Shown: one piece after another, positions 15,023 through 30,869 of the stretch
Layout: every line of letters begins with the position of its first letter
Numbering within the stretch: the first letter of the stretch is position 1
Assembly: GCA_951406725.2 (NCBI GenBank)
Contig: OX597830.1
Coordinates: forward strand, 29,078,001-29,142,000
DNA: 64,000 nt
DNA from: Octopus vulgaris
Lineage: Eukaryota
Reading direction: 5' to 3'
Position numbers and translations under genes: made by a program
Notes under the pieces: generated by a model
Database searches by the model: none
The model's input: the letters and a program-made list of their open reading frames with translations, nothing else
Told to the model about the DNA's origin: nothing

Positions 15023-15892
15023 ATCTTTCTATAATATATCTGCTATCAGCATGAGTTACAGATTGCTCATCTGTATATATAAAAGACAGGCTATGTGTGT
15101 GTGTGTGTACGTGAATGTAATTTATGCACGTCCACAAATTAGCACGCATGTCGCTCCAAGTTTAGGAGGACATTCGTTATGACCCTTGTTGTATTTTCGT
15201 CAACTTATTTTTTTACCAGAGGTAGCAGCGAATAGCAGTAACAATAAATCTCCAACCAAAACATTTAACAATTTTCGAGTTGGAAAATTTGGTTGCTCAT
15301 CGTAACAGCTGACCAATGGCAGGAGGAAAATGAAACGAAGTACTAGATACGGCTCTCATGTCGTCACCCGTTCCAAGAATCGAACGAAGAAAATTATGGT
15401 TGTGAGACTAAAGCGCAAGCTAGAGTCTTTCACGCGTATATGCGTGTATATGCGAATGTCCATAAGTAAGAGAGTGTACGTGTGTATGTGCGCGCGTGTA
15501 TGTGTGTGTGTGTATGTAACGTTATGCTTACACAAACGCAATGACGAAAACAGTACTCTAACATCTTAGATTGTAAAACTCAGCACACATATGTAGAGCC
15601 TCACGCACACACACACACATAATCACACAAACACACCCAGACACACACAGGAGCACGCACACGCACATACGAACACGCAGATATATTTACGAATCTGATC
15701 GAAACCAACGTTTGTACAGCAGGGTAAAAGGTGAGTAATTGAAACATTTAAAATGTAATACGGTCAAATAGCTTTCGGCCATGAACCACGAATTCCGTTT
15801 AAAAGACTAAACGGATTTTCATTTGTTTGCTTATTTATTTGAATAATGGACTGTATTGTCTTTATTTATTTATTTATTTATTTATTTATTGC

Positions 15893-15952
<60 letters not shown>

Positions 15953-16019
15953 TATTTTTTTTTTGCTGTTCAGCAGCTGCTAACAATATTAGCACCGCTT
16001 TCAACACTGCTATTATATT

Positions 16020-17285
<1,266 letters not shown>

Positions 17286-17796
17286 TCTGTATCTTAATTG
17301 CTTTTAACTTTATATTCAATCTGACCGTGATCTTAGATTACTCTTTTTTTTTCTTTTCATTTTCTTTTCATTTTTATCCATTATGACATTCTCAACAAAT
17401 CACTCACGACATTCATTAAATCAGAAACGCAAATCCGCTCCCTGACACGCAAATTTTTTTTCTTCCCTTTTTCTGCTCTGTGTAAAAAAAAAAAGGAACG
17501 TGTGTATGTTTGTATTTATAAGTGCGTGCATTCATGTACGTCCGTGTCTACGAGTGTATGTATATGTGTGCATCTATGTGTTTGTGTACGCATGTGAGCG
17601 TGTATATATATATTGTGTATGTATATATATACGTATATATGTGCTTATATACATATAAATATATATACATGTACATATACATATATCTGATTCTACACAT
17701 ATATATGTATATATATTCATGTATATCCATACAAATATATGCAACTATATATATTTATATACATACACATATATACAACTTATATATATATATCTT

Positions 17797-17856
<60 letters not shown>

Positions 17857-18304
17857 TTTATGAGTGTGTATGTGTGTATTAAAAAAATTAATGAAAAACA
17901 TTTATTGAACTTAAAATACAAATAAATATCAGAAATGGTTGAGTGAACGGGTAGAGGTTAGTGGCGTCAGAAACTGGTGTGAGGTTTTTAGGTGTAAATT
18001 TACGGCTCCAGCGGTGCATCCCTTCGCTTACTGTTTTCTGTAACTATCGCTTTCTAGAACTCACACACGCACACTTACACACCTCCGCGCACGCATTCAT
18101 TCACATGCACGCAGTAACACACACACACACACACACACTCATACAAAAAAACACACTTGCACGCATAATATGTGGTACATACATATTTTGTAATATTCTC
18201 CTAGTCTCTCTACCTCTTTCTGTTTCTTTTTATTTGTGTGACATAAACAAATTTTCCACACAAAAAAGCCAACAAATTTTCCACATAAAACACGAATACT
18301 CTTT

Positions 18305-18857
18305 TCTACTCTAGGCACAAGGCCTGAAATTTTTGGGATGGAGGCCAGTCGATTATATCAACCCCAGCACACAACTGGTACTTAATTTATCGACACCGAA
18401 AGGATGAAAGGCAAATTTGAACCCAGAACGTAAAGACAGACGAAATACCTAGTTCTTTACTACCCACAAGGGGCTAAACACAGAAAGGACAAACAAGGAC
18501 AGACAACCGGATTAAGACGATTATATCGACGCCAGTTCGTAACTGGTGCTTATTTAATCGACCCCTAAAGGATGAAAGGCAAAGTTGACTTCGGCGGAAT
18601 TTGAACTCAGAACGTAGCGGCAGACGAAATACCGCTAAGCATATCGCCCGACGTATTAATGTTTCTTATTTCGTTATTGCCCACAAGCAGCTAAACATAG
18701 AGGGGACAAACAAGGACATACAAAGCGATTAAGTCGATTACAGTGACCCCAGTGCGTAACTGGTACTTATTTAATCGACCACGAACGGATGAAAGGCAAA
18801 GTCGACCTCGGCGGGATTTGAACTGAGAACGTAGCGGCAGATGAAATACCGCTAAGA
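18305..18857 (-). mobile_element. Tandem array of three SINE family A units
   Basis: Three copies of aactggtactta...cga...ggatgaaaggcaaa...gaacgta...aaatacc. Confidence 0.9.
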
Positions 18858-19440
18858 TCAGAATGAAAGAAAGAAACAGAGAGAGAGAGGGAGAGAGAGA
18901 GAGAGAGGGAGAGAGAGAGAGAGGGAGGGAGAGGATATCTCCGCCATATGACACATCTTAGAGTCTTTAATTGACGAACAAAAGATTGGACAAAGAAGAC
19001 GATAATGTAGAAAGCGAACGGCGATGGACACATAACATTTTCTTGTAGAAACGAGAAGTAACCCGCCGCAAACACACATAAGCTACTAAATGCGCTCCTC
19101 TCAGAATTTGGCCCATCTTCCAGTGCAAACCACTGAACAATAATTTGCTAAAAACTCTACTCCAAACAACGTCGGATACTTCTATGAATGTAGTTTCTGT
19201 GTCAGCATGAAAGATTAAAGTCGCTTACGAGTGGAAGGTTTCCATCGAAAGCTTGCCCAATAACAGCAGATACGAAGGAAACCAACACACAATATATTTA
19301 GCAGTTGAGGAATCCACTGCGATGATGGTTCCGAACGTATTTCCTCTCAGTTACCCACTCAGATTCATATATTTCAGCGTCCCTCTAATTGTTCCCACAC
19401 AGAGTTATATACGTAATAAACTCTGGCATATATGAATATG

Positions 19441-19660
19441 TACGAGTGAGTGCTGAAATGTCCTTGGATTTAAGGCCACCGTGAATGACCTTGATGGAGG
19501 ACCAGACTGCCGAGTTCTTTTTGTAGAAAGCTTAGAAAAAGTGAAGGACCGTGGCAATAAGTGTGTTAATCTGAGAGAGGATATATTGAATTAAATTATT
19601 AATTAACTGACCCTCCTATATTTTCTTTTACTTAAAGCCTGGCAGTTTTCACCACATATT
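19441..19660 (+). mobile_element. Small non-autonomous mariner derivative
   Basis: TACGAG..GTGCTGAAA..TTTAAG left end with an imperfect inverse at 19631-19660; internal NKCVNLREDILN resembles the mariner C-terminus. Confidence 0.5.
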
Positions 19661-20249
19661 TAAACCACAGCTAGAAATCGATTGCTAATGAGAGTGTGAG
19701 ATAACCTTACCGTCTACCATCTCAGCCCACATGTAGCGTAACTGAAGGAGGAAGACAAAACCGAAAGCCGATGATAACCAGAAGTGAAAGATAACACCCA
19801 TTGTTTATATCCGGTTCGTTTCTTGCTCCATACTAAGAGGCCATAAGCCAATAAGTCTCAGGGTCTGATGATAAGCCATAAAGCTACTCTTTATGGCGAG
19901 AAACACAGGGTGAACCCATAAATAGGACGTCACCAGTAATATGTATATATATATGTATATACACGCACACACCGACACACGCAGAAACACAGACACATAT
20001 AAATAAATAAATAAATAAATAAATGGAGTTAAAGGTGTTATTCAATTTTTTTTTTCCGATGCATGTTTCGAAAACACCATTGGTATTATTCCAAAGGAAT
20101 AAAATGGTGTAAAACAATGTTATCTTCTCTTCGGGGAAATGAAGAAATGAAACAAACTTGTCAATAAGTCATTTTAACAGAATATGATGGATACGTATAG
20201 TGATGAACTGAACGCTATTAAGCAAAGGAAAATACTAAATACACATATC

Positions 20250-20346
<97 letters not shown>

Positions 20347-20568
20347 GCATAAAATTAATGTAGAGAGCAGCTTGCAATTTCTCACCAAAAATGAAAACTA
20401 TAATCGTCCCTAAATGTGAGTAGGGTGTTAGAAATACCCACACTGCTAGAGATAAGAGCTAAAATGCTCTAAAGATGTAGTCAATGCAGATAATTGTATA
20501 CATATATACTGACAGGGACTGAAATCGTCCGAAAACACCGTTCGAGAATTATGTATGTGTGAGTGCTT

Positions 20569-20617
<49 letters not shown>

Positions 20618-20927
20618 CGCGCGTGTGTTGTGTGTGTGTGTAAACATATATGCATACACACACACATACACATACACAATTGGGCACACATATGTATGGA
20701 ATTTATATTATAAATACATAAATTATAATATGCGTATCGGTGAATACAATATATGAGAATATATATATGAAAATACATTATTCATTGTATATATGCAAGT
20801 ATCTATACAATATCTATATTTATAATCATTTCATTGTATGAATGTATGTATATACATACATATATATATATATTTATGTATTTATGTATGCATATATATA
20901 TATATATATACATATTTATATATATAT

Positions 20928-21001
<74 letters not shown>

Positions 21002-21348
21002 TGTGTATCAGATTTGTATGTAGGAGCTAGAGATAAAAATAAAGAAAAATGCAAATTTATTATTCGGCCCTTTATTTTTTGCACATCCAACATGTAAAAA
21101 GGCTTAACATGAAAAAAATATCATCAGATGCTTTATTAATGTTTTTGTACTGTTCCTGACATTTTTCGTTGTTCGTTGTTCAAATTTCTCTTCTCTTTTT
21201 TTTTTTTCATCTTTTTTTTTTTTTGAGGCATTCCTGTATAAAAATCCAAAGAGATATTAATTTTCAAAGAGAATTTCGATTGACAAATGTATTATAATGG
21301 AAACTTCAAATACAATTTCTGAGTCATGTATTAAAAGAATACAATTAC

Positions 21349-21410
<62 letters not shown>

Positions 21411-22162
21411 GATCATATGTATATATAGAAGTATACGCGTGTGGGTGTGTTTATGCATGTGTACATGTGTACATATGTGTGTTTGTGTGGGTTTCTGTGT
21501 GTGTACGCACTCGGTTTTTTTAGGTAAAAAGTATAATAGATACTAATTCTGAATATGGTAAATATTTACAACTGCATACATATAAATAAAATTATGTGCT
21601 GCCACATATACAGAAATTAAATTGTTTAAGTGTATGCATATGTCTATTTACATAAATAAATTTGAGTATTGATATATTATATACACAATTTCAGTTTTTC
21701 GGTTCGTTTTATATTCATGCTCTTGGTGTCAGGTTTTCAATCGCTCGGTCCATCCACTCTATAGACAATTGGACTCACTTGTCTTTTGTACATCGTAACG
21801 AACAGAAATCTAGACACAAACACACATACACACACACAAACTCCTAACCTCATGGTTATACATATTTTTTTTATATATTAGTACACATATATTCGTGCAT
21901 ATATCTATATAGATGTAAATATCTTCTGTGCGTATATATAGGCGTGTCTGTATATGAACTAATAGGAATGCATCACATTATGCTTATGTAGACGAAGAAA
22001 CATATTGGCTGGAGATAGTAATTGATCATAATTCGTGTAAACACTAATGCGATATGTAGTGTAAGAAACAGATCGATACTGTAGCATTGAAAAGTGAATT
22101 GAACTTACCAATTACCAAAAAATACAAGCAGTAAAGAGAATAATGTTGGTCATATATTTTTC

Positions 22163-22226
<64 letters not shown>

Positions 22227-22946
22227 AATATATATATATAAATATATAAATATATATATATATAAATATATATATATATACATATATATATACATATATA
22301 TATACATATATATATGTAAATATATATATTTATACATATATATATATACATATACACATATATATATATATATGTATATATATCTTCAGTAAAAGAGAGC
22401 GAGAGAGATAGGAAGAGAGACTGAAAGAAAGATAGATAGACATAGATATATATGTATGTAAATATATATAATACACACACACATATGTATATATCCATGT
22501 ATATGTATATATATAGATATAGATATATATATACATATATACATACATATATATATATATGTGTATGTGTGTGTGTGACTGTGTGTTTTTTGTATGCGTA
22601 TGTGTCTGTGTGAGTCAGTGTATGTGTGTGTTTATATTTATGTATGTGTATACATAGAGAGGCATCGAGATTTCTTGAAGACTATGAAAGATTTCGTTAC
22701 TGTTCAAAGGACCGAGAGAAGAGGATTAAATTAATATGGTAATGGGACAAAATATGTATGGAGTTATTCAAATATAATAGTCTTGGCATTGAGATATGAA
22801 AATATGTATCATATGAAACACGGTTTATTTTCAGCTATTGTGGGAAGATGACCAACAACAAAACAAAAATTACACCCCCACCTCAACGAAAATATCATAT
22901 CCACTACCACAACAGCTATACTGATGATAATAATAATAATAATAAT

Positions 22947-23018
<72 letters not shown>

Positions 23019-23664
23019 TATAAAATTTATACACAACAACCACGTACCATATGAAATATTAAAAACATAATTTAAATAAAATATGAAAGCAAATATTTTA
23101 TTCCTTCTCAAAAATATATTTCTCACTGTTTAGTGTAATGCGCATTGATGAGGGACATTGTAATGCTTGAAAAATGGAATTGCATGGAAAATCATGCTAA
23201 AAGAAAATAATGACAATCTGCGACGAAAATATGAGAATTTGGTAATTCTAATTAAGTTGGATATTGTTGCATTTGACCAAATAAAACGCACATATATGTA
23301 CGCGTGCGTGTGTATGTGTGTTTATACGTCAGCACACATGTATACCACCTTATATATCATAAGGATTTTATATGCACATAAATATTTTTCTACATTTTTC
23401 TGTTTATAAGAAACAGGGCAAATAGCCGTTATAGGTGAGCAAATATGGGCTAGTAAAGGAAACAAACTGTTGCTAATTGTTTCGGATGCTTTTGAAGTAC
23501 TAAGGGTCCATACAAGGTATATAGCATTATATGATAGTAGAGTGCACAGTTTTGGCTCATATAGTAAACATATGCATGCACATATAAATACGTGTTTGCT
23601 TGTGTTTGCGTATTTGTGAGTGTAGGTGTGTTTTTATATATAAAAATGTATGTATATATATATT

Positions 23665-23695
<31 letters not shown>

Positions 23696-23708
23696 ATATA
23701 TATATGCG

Positions 23709-23739
<31 letters not shown>

Positions 23740-23823
23740 TATATACCTATATATATATTTAAAAAATTATCAGAATGAGATAGAAACCCGAGGCTGTGTA
23801 AGATTTCAGAACATTTATAATAG

Positions 23824-23867
23824 GTCTTACAGCTGTTTCCATGATATTTATTATATCCCTTCATCGG
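23824..23867 (-). ncRNA. Degenerate hammerhead ribozyme remnant
   Basis: Minus strand CCGAUGA-aggGAUAU aauaa AUAUCaug-GAAA-CAGCUG-UA; palindromic stem III; stem I partner lost. Confidence 0.5.
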
Positions 23868-24039
23868 TGTAAGTACAAGGTTAAGCAATAGTTATTCTAG
23901 ATAAGATATTAAAATAGAGATTGAAAATAGACGTGGAATATTAAAACCTATTAGCGCCAGAAGCTGTGGTAGTTCAAAATATATATAAATATATATATAA
24001 ACATATATAAGCTTATGTATATATATGTAGGTTTGTGTT

Positions 24040-24355
24040 TTATCTTTTACGTTTTATCTTTCAATCATTAAACTCAAGCCTTGATGGGGAACCGCGTAGA
24101 AGGGTTTCTTTTGGCCACCTTTACCAAATCATTAAGACACGAGGTCGTTAACACACCAACACGGGTTGTGAAGAGCAGAATCTTGCACATAGTTACTCGT
24201 ATATATATGAAGGGTTTGTTTCAGTTCCTTTCTACAAAATCTATTCAGAACAATTTTATTAGCCCGAGGCTGCTTTAGAAGTCACTGCAGGAGTGAAACC
24301 GATATCACATGGTAGGAAAGACATATCTTAGCACGCAGCGACACTTCCAACTGGC
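24040..24355 (-). mobile_element. SINE family B, highly diverged
   Basis: tcttttacg..tcattaaact, aacacaccaaca, cccgaggct..tagaagtcact segments are colinear with family B. Confidence 0.6.
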
Positions 24356-24462
<107 letters not shown>

Positions 24463-24527
24463 GTATGTATGTATGTATGTATGTATGTATGTATGTATGT
24501 ATGTATCAAAGTGACACTTCTACCTGT

Positions 24528-24567
<40 letters not shown>

Positions 24568-24570
24568 CAT

Positions 24571-24623
<53 letters not shown>

Positions 24624-24624
24624 T

Positions 24625-24669
<45 letters not shown>

Positions 24670-25386
24670 AAGAAAAACGTGAATGCGAGAAAATGCATCA
24701 TATATAGCCTACATAATGCATATTCATATTTAGAACTTATTAGAAGAGAAATGCTGAGTAACCTTTGAGTTTCGAGGTGTGTTTGATATATGATAAAATA
24801 TATGTAAATGTTTTCGCTTTCGTTACACTAAATTACTGTTCGTGGTAGCTGAAAGTTATTCTACCATGACTTGTTAATGGTGATTTTGTTTAAAATCGTA
24901 AACAGTAATTACGTTACATCGAATTAAAAGATTATATCGTTACGTCAACAATGGAGGAAAGGAAATAATATTTGTATGGTCAAGTAGAGTTGGCTGTTCT
25001 AAAAGAAAAGTTAGGCCAATAGTAGAAAAGCAAAAGAAATGTTCGTGTAAAATGTAAATAATGGCTTATGTGAAATGATGTTGACACTGACATGTACTTC
25101 TTGAAGTAACTTCATTCCTCAAAAGGCTTTTCGGTGATCACATCTTTCGTTTCAACGTCTGATTACTTGTTCAATTGTAAGTAACTTGAAATGGCTAAAG
25201 TATTACAGTATGATATTTAGTCCATATACAAATAAATTATGCATTGTAAGCTTAGAATTACATAGGTCTTCACACACACACACACATACGCACACACACT
25301 CATACACACACACGCACATACCCAGATATATGCAGGTTCATACGGTCATGTATTCACACATCTCACTCTGTGTGTGTGTCTCTCTC

Positions 25387-25508
<122 letters not shown>

Positions 25509-25636
25509 GGTGAGTTGAGTATAGAAATTCGGGGTGAGTACTTGATAATTATAAGCACCTGTGTATACCGTTTGGTGGTGTAGGTGGTGGAGTAAATTGA
25601 TCAAAATAAAAATAAAAACATGAGGCGAAGGATTCA

Positions 25637-25714
25637 GCGGTACATATGTTTCGGGCCTTTATTAGACATATTTATAACAAAGCATAATGTATGTCTGTGG
25701 CCTTCTTCAGCCGC
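25637..25714 (-). ncRNA. Near-intact type-I hammerhead ribozyme (Penelope/retrozyme type)
   Basis: Minus strand GCGG-CUGAAGA-A-GGCC-[loop with AGACAUA/UAUGUCU hairpin]-GGCC-C-GAAA-CAUAUG-UA-CCGC. All core nucleotides, perfect stem I, palindromic stem III, GUA site. Confidence 0.8.
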
Positions 25715-25853
25715 GCACAACAGCTTCCACAAGGACATGTGTTACATCAAAAATTCTTGGTTGGGGATGCAAATCCTCTCGTTCACGTACGACATAATGC
25801 GGCAGCAGCATAGAATTGAAGCGTCCATCTCTTTCTTCTCTCAATGTATATAC

Positions 25854-25910
<57 letters not shown>

Positions 25911-25912
<2 letters not shown>

Positions 25913-25985
25913 AGGTGGTGCTATTAAGTTAGACATGGCCTGGGCCAATAATGGCCGAAACCTATCAAAGTATCAAAGTATCAAA

Positions 25986-25986
<1 letters not shown>
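25911..25986 (+). mobile_element. 76-bp 3' terminus of a CR1-like LINE with (TATCAAAG)3 tail, inside (TA)n
   Basis: caggtggtgctatta.gttagacatggcctgg matches the 3' UTR of the LINE at 53567-53935 (opposite strand). Confidence 0.75.
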
Positions 25987-26037
<51 letters not shown>

Positions 26038-26708
26038 AGGCCTACTCTATCAAGATCAAGTGATTGAAAGAAAAGAGTAGAATATAGACATATATATGTG
26101 TGTGTGTGTATGTGTGTGTGTGTGTATGTATGGCGATATATATAACTAAGTTTGTATGAGTATATATATATATACGTGCGTATATGCATATACATGTGTA
26201 TATGTGCGCGCATGTGTGTATATAAAAATGTGCATATACCATTATATACACATTTTTATAATGTTATACTTTCGCACATATCCTTTGGCTTTAAGTAATA
26301 TATTACAGAATACCAAAATTCTCGACATAATTTAAGAAATATTTATAAGCACAGGCCACAAACGCTTCCCTCATAAAGCACAAAAGTTGAAATTTCCTCC
26401 TTTTTATCAAATTGCATGTAAACTATGAACTCTTAGTGAGAACTATACTCACCGACAATCTTTACACATACCACGTACTATTGGGAGCATCAAATCACAA
26501 GATACACAAATTTCTGTACTGAAAACACTATAACATATTCGATTACTAATATCCAACTTCGAAATGCGAACATTAACTAAAATATTATCAATATTAAGTA
26601 TAAAAAAAAGAAAGAAACTTACTGACCAGCAAAGCATACCAGAAAGTTGACACACCCATTATATAAGTTTTTAAATGCTAGACTAATTTTCAATTTTGAT
26701 CTTTAAAC

Positions 26709-27399
26709 CAGCGGTTCTCAGCCGGGTTTTTTTTTTTATCTAGAGACCCCATTGACAACAATTTTATTATGCTGGACTTATTTGCTGTTCGATGTTTAAA
26801 AGCAAGTTTTATAGATACTTATTTCAAAATACCTGTTTTGCGGTCAATTCACTAATACAGTGTAAGCTGAAATATGGAAAAACATTAGAGAAAGAAACCT
26901 AGCAGTTTTCATTGCCCCTTAAGATACTACTGTGGATACCCATTCTTTTATTCATTCTTTTACTTGTTTCAGTCATTTGACTGCGCCCATGCTGGAGCAC
27001 CGCCTTTAGTCGAGCAACTCGACCCCGGGACTTATTCTTTTTGTAAGCCCAGTACTTATTCTATCGGTCTTTTTTGTCGAACCGCTAAGTGACGGGGACG
27101 TAAACACACCAATGCTAGGGGGACAATCACACAAACACATACACACACATATATATACATATATACGACAGGCTTCTTTCAGTTTCCGTCTACCAAATCC
27201 ACTCACAAGGCATTGGTCGGCCCGAGGCTATAGCAGAAGACACTTGCCCAAGATGCCACGCAGTGGGACTGAACCCGGAACCATGTGGTTGGTAGGCAAG
27301 CTACTTACCACACAGCCACTCCTGTGCCTATGCCCAATTCATTATTTTGCTTGAGTTGAGCCTAAAAAGTCCTATAATGAACCCAGGTCAGAACCACTG
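26709..27399. mobile_element. hAT (Charlie-like) MITE carrying a nested SINE
   Basis: Termini CAGCGGTTCT / AGAACCACTG; 8-bp TSD ctttaaac / ctttatat (6/8). Confidence 0.75.
26943..27328 (-). mobile_element. SINE family B (tRNA head, CORE-like segment, internal TA/CA microsatellite)
   Basis: Near-full-length copy, close to 49301-49707. Confidence 0.9.
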
Positions 27400-27963
27400 C
27401 TTTATATTGACAAAGTAAAGAATTAAATTTAATAAAACCAAAAATAACTAAAGCCACTGAGAAATTCGGTGACAAATGCTTCCTCTATCTACTTCCTTTT
27501 TGTGAGCAACTAAAAACAACCCCATGTACAATAGCTGAAACACCTAAGCACGCACAACTTCTTACAGATTTCTAAATGTATGAATAAATTCTGAACAACA
27601 ACATGGCCTGAAATTTAAATAATAAATATTTCTCCGCAGCAACAGTACAACCCAGGTTACGAATTAACTACCATTCAACTGAAACCTAGAACTAACGAAT
27701 TTAAAAAAAATCATAACAGAAGATATATCAAGCCAAGTTTAACTTACTTGATCACATTCCGATGCTGATTTAGCTGGCCAAAACTTCGAAGTCACTGTAT
27801 GTAAAATTCTTCTGCAAAAGTGATAAAATTTTACTCTGCAAAAGTATGGACTTATCATCGAGATTAATGTAAAATTGATTTTATTATAACTAAACACGAC
27901 AAACATTAATGTATGAAGGTATTTATGTATTTTATGTATGTATGTATGTATGTGTGCATCCAT

Positions 27964-28087
<124 letters not shown>

Positions 28088-28234
28088 TTACTTAGAAGTG
28101 GATGCGTGGCGTTCTATCATATAATAACAAAGTAATAAATAAAACGTATGCATATATACATACATATATGTACGTACCTACATCTATATGTATATATACA
28201 CACACATCCTGTCTTCTATAGATATAGATACAGA

Positions 28235-28950
28235 TATCACCATTAGCTTCAACCACGGTCTCCAGACGACTTCGGAATGTCCTACAAATTTTCAGGTCAG
28301 TATCTTTGTTTGAGTTAGTGAATGCTGCCATAATCCTTCCTTTCAGTTCTCCTTTGGTGTTACAGGGAGTTTTGCTGGGTCTCTCATTCAACTGCACCCC
28401 ACACGTAATGATCGAGTGGGTTGCAGTCTGGGGCATTAGGTATCCTGATGTTAAGGGTGATATGGTTGCAGATATTGTCTGGGTTCTCCTGCCTGTGTGG
28501 CATGGTGCAGAGTTCTGTTGCCCGCTGACACCGTCTTGACACAAGCCAGCACTAACCCCTCCGGGCATTTTATGTAGGCCACCGTGTTTAGTCTGAAGCC
28601 GTATGGGAAGATGAATGGTGGCACAACATCACCATCACTAGTGATCACTCCAAACATCATGTTGTTGACTAGATATTTGGTTTTTATCACTCTAGGTACA
28701 TGTTTTGAGGACATGGCAACACAACGGTTCTTCTGTGTGTTCCCTATCTATTTGTATTGGAGCTTCCGACGCGAATGCCAAGCAATATAGCATGCCATTT
28801 CCAAATTTCTGTCTGAGTGAATTGCGTCATGGTGCTGTTTTACGCATAGACGTTGCCTACCTGAACCTATTATACTTGTAGTCGACAAAATGAAAATCAA
28901 CCAATACGAGAATTTTTTTAAATGGCGGCAAGTTAGCCACGCGCCTTGTA
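28235..28950 (-). mobile_element. Decayed, internally deleted maT/DD37D-like Tc1-mariner element
   Basis: Minus-strand MMFGVITSDGDVVPPFIF, QQNSAPCHT and APDCNPLDHYVWGAVE motifs in shifting frames; TACAAGG end at 28950. Confidence 0.85.
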
Positions 28951-30818
28951 CACACAGAGGCGCGCACACACACACATATATGAGAGCATATTTTGTATAT
29001 GTTATGTGTCTGTGTGTGTATGTCCAAGGTGTAACTTTAAAATGTATCCAGTTATAGGTCACCAGTACAGGAATTGTAGTGTTTCGAGGTGTGTTGAACC
29101 CAGTTTCACCAGTAGTATTAGCACCTAGTCTTAGCTGTAGTATTAGGGCATTTAGTTTCCGTTAGAACTACCTAAAGCGTTGTTCATATCCGGTTGTCTC
29201 AGTGTCTGTTGGGCAACTGGTTTTTATGGCTGATTGCGTTAAGATGTGCGTTGAGTGTTGTGTAAACACATTTTGTTCTCAAAGCAAATTCCCTCACAAA
29301 AACTCCATGCACTCCCGAAATATTTGTCCGAAATTCCTGTGCAAGGAAGTGGTCACACTCGGTCACGAGTTGACCTCCACTACATGTATCTGTAATAAGT
29401 GATCGAATTAATGTTGGGAAAAAGAGAAAGAAAACCTTCAGATGAAAATGTTGTTTTCTAATATATTTATATCTGCTTTAATAACTCGAGCAAACACTAT
29501 ACGATTTAATCCAGTTGCCGTCGAAGAGAGTATGAGGTTAAAACTATTTGTACGGGTAGATAGCCCCCGTAGTTAGCAGGTGTACTATTACCCGAGTAAT
29601 ACTTGGTTCATTTAGCAATATTTAATACATTTAATTATTGCGCTATGAATACAACAGTATATATTCATGAGTACAACTATATATGTATATATATTTTCAC
29701 ACTAACAAAGATGTACGCATACATATATGCTTGTATACATATATATGTACTTGCATGTATAGATTTATATATGCATATGTGTGTGTGCGTTTGTGTGTGT
29801 ATATATAAATGTAGTGTGTCTATATGTATAAAACTATTTGTAAATATACATGAATACAGAAAGCGCATACATACACGTAGATGTGTACCTATGTATTTGT
29901 ATACAAACACACAAAGACACATACGTACATTCATCGAAGCATACACACACATATATATATACATACACCCACATAATTTACTTCAGTGTGTTAATTCATT
30001 TATCCCCACGTGTTCCTCGAACGACTCAATTAAACATAAAACTAATGTAAGTAAAGTTGATTAAGGAGCGTTTGTTTCGTACGGAATATTTGCTTGATGG
30101 AGCCTTTAAAAGACGCTAATTGCAACGGAGAGAGATAACAAAAGAAATATAAAGAAGAAAAAAAATATCAAATTAACAAATCAGGTTCCCGCTAGTTATT
30201 ACGCAGATGGAATAACTACATGCAATAGCATAATTAGAGATACAAGTTGAAATCTAGATGAAACTTGTCTTATTACTTTACTGGTATTAATTAACGAAGC
30301 AAACATAAATTTATTTTATTTATGTAAGTAATGTATATGTATATGTGCTTGTGTAAGTATATATATGTAGATTTGTATACAGATTTTTCTAAGCATGTAT
30401 GTGCTTGTCTGTGTGTGTGTGTGTGTGTGTGTATCTAACCGGAAGATATTTTGTGGTTTCGTTTTTTCAGTTATAGTTTTTCGTAAATTTTTGAGAAATG
30501 TTTGAATTCATACATACATACATACATACATACACACATACACACATATATACATACACACACACACAAATTCGAGCTCACAAAAGCGCACACTCACAGA
30601 CACATACAGATAAGCACGCACGCATACTTATACATACACACACAAATATTCCGTGTTATGTTCATTTTTCTGTTTTTATTTTCGTCATTAACAATTACAT
30701 ACGAGTACACACATACATACATATATGCATACATACATACATACACACACATATATATATAATATATATATATGCACACGTACACAAACATTAACAAACG
30801 TATATATATATATATATG

Positions 30819-30869
<51 letters not shown>

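Noticed and set aside
23142-23183. Hammerhead-like ttgatga...gaaa on the plus strand
   Set aside because: Core mutated, no stem III palindrome or cleavage triplet; compatible with chance.
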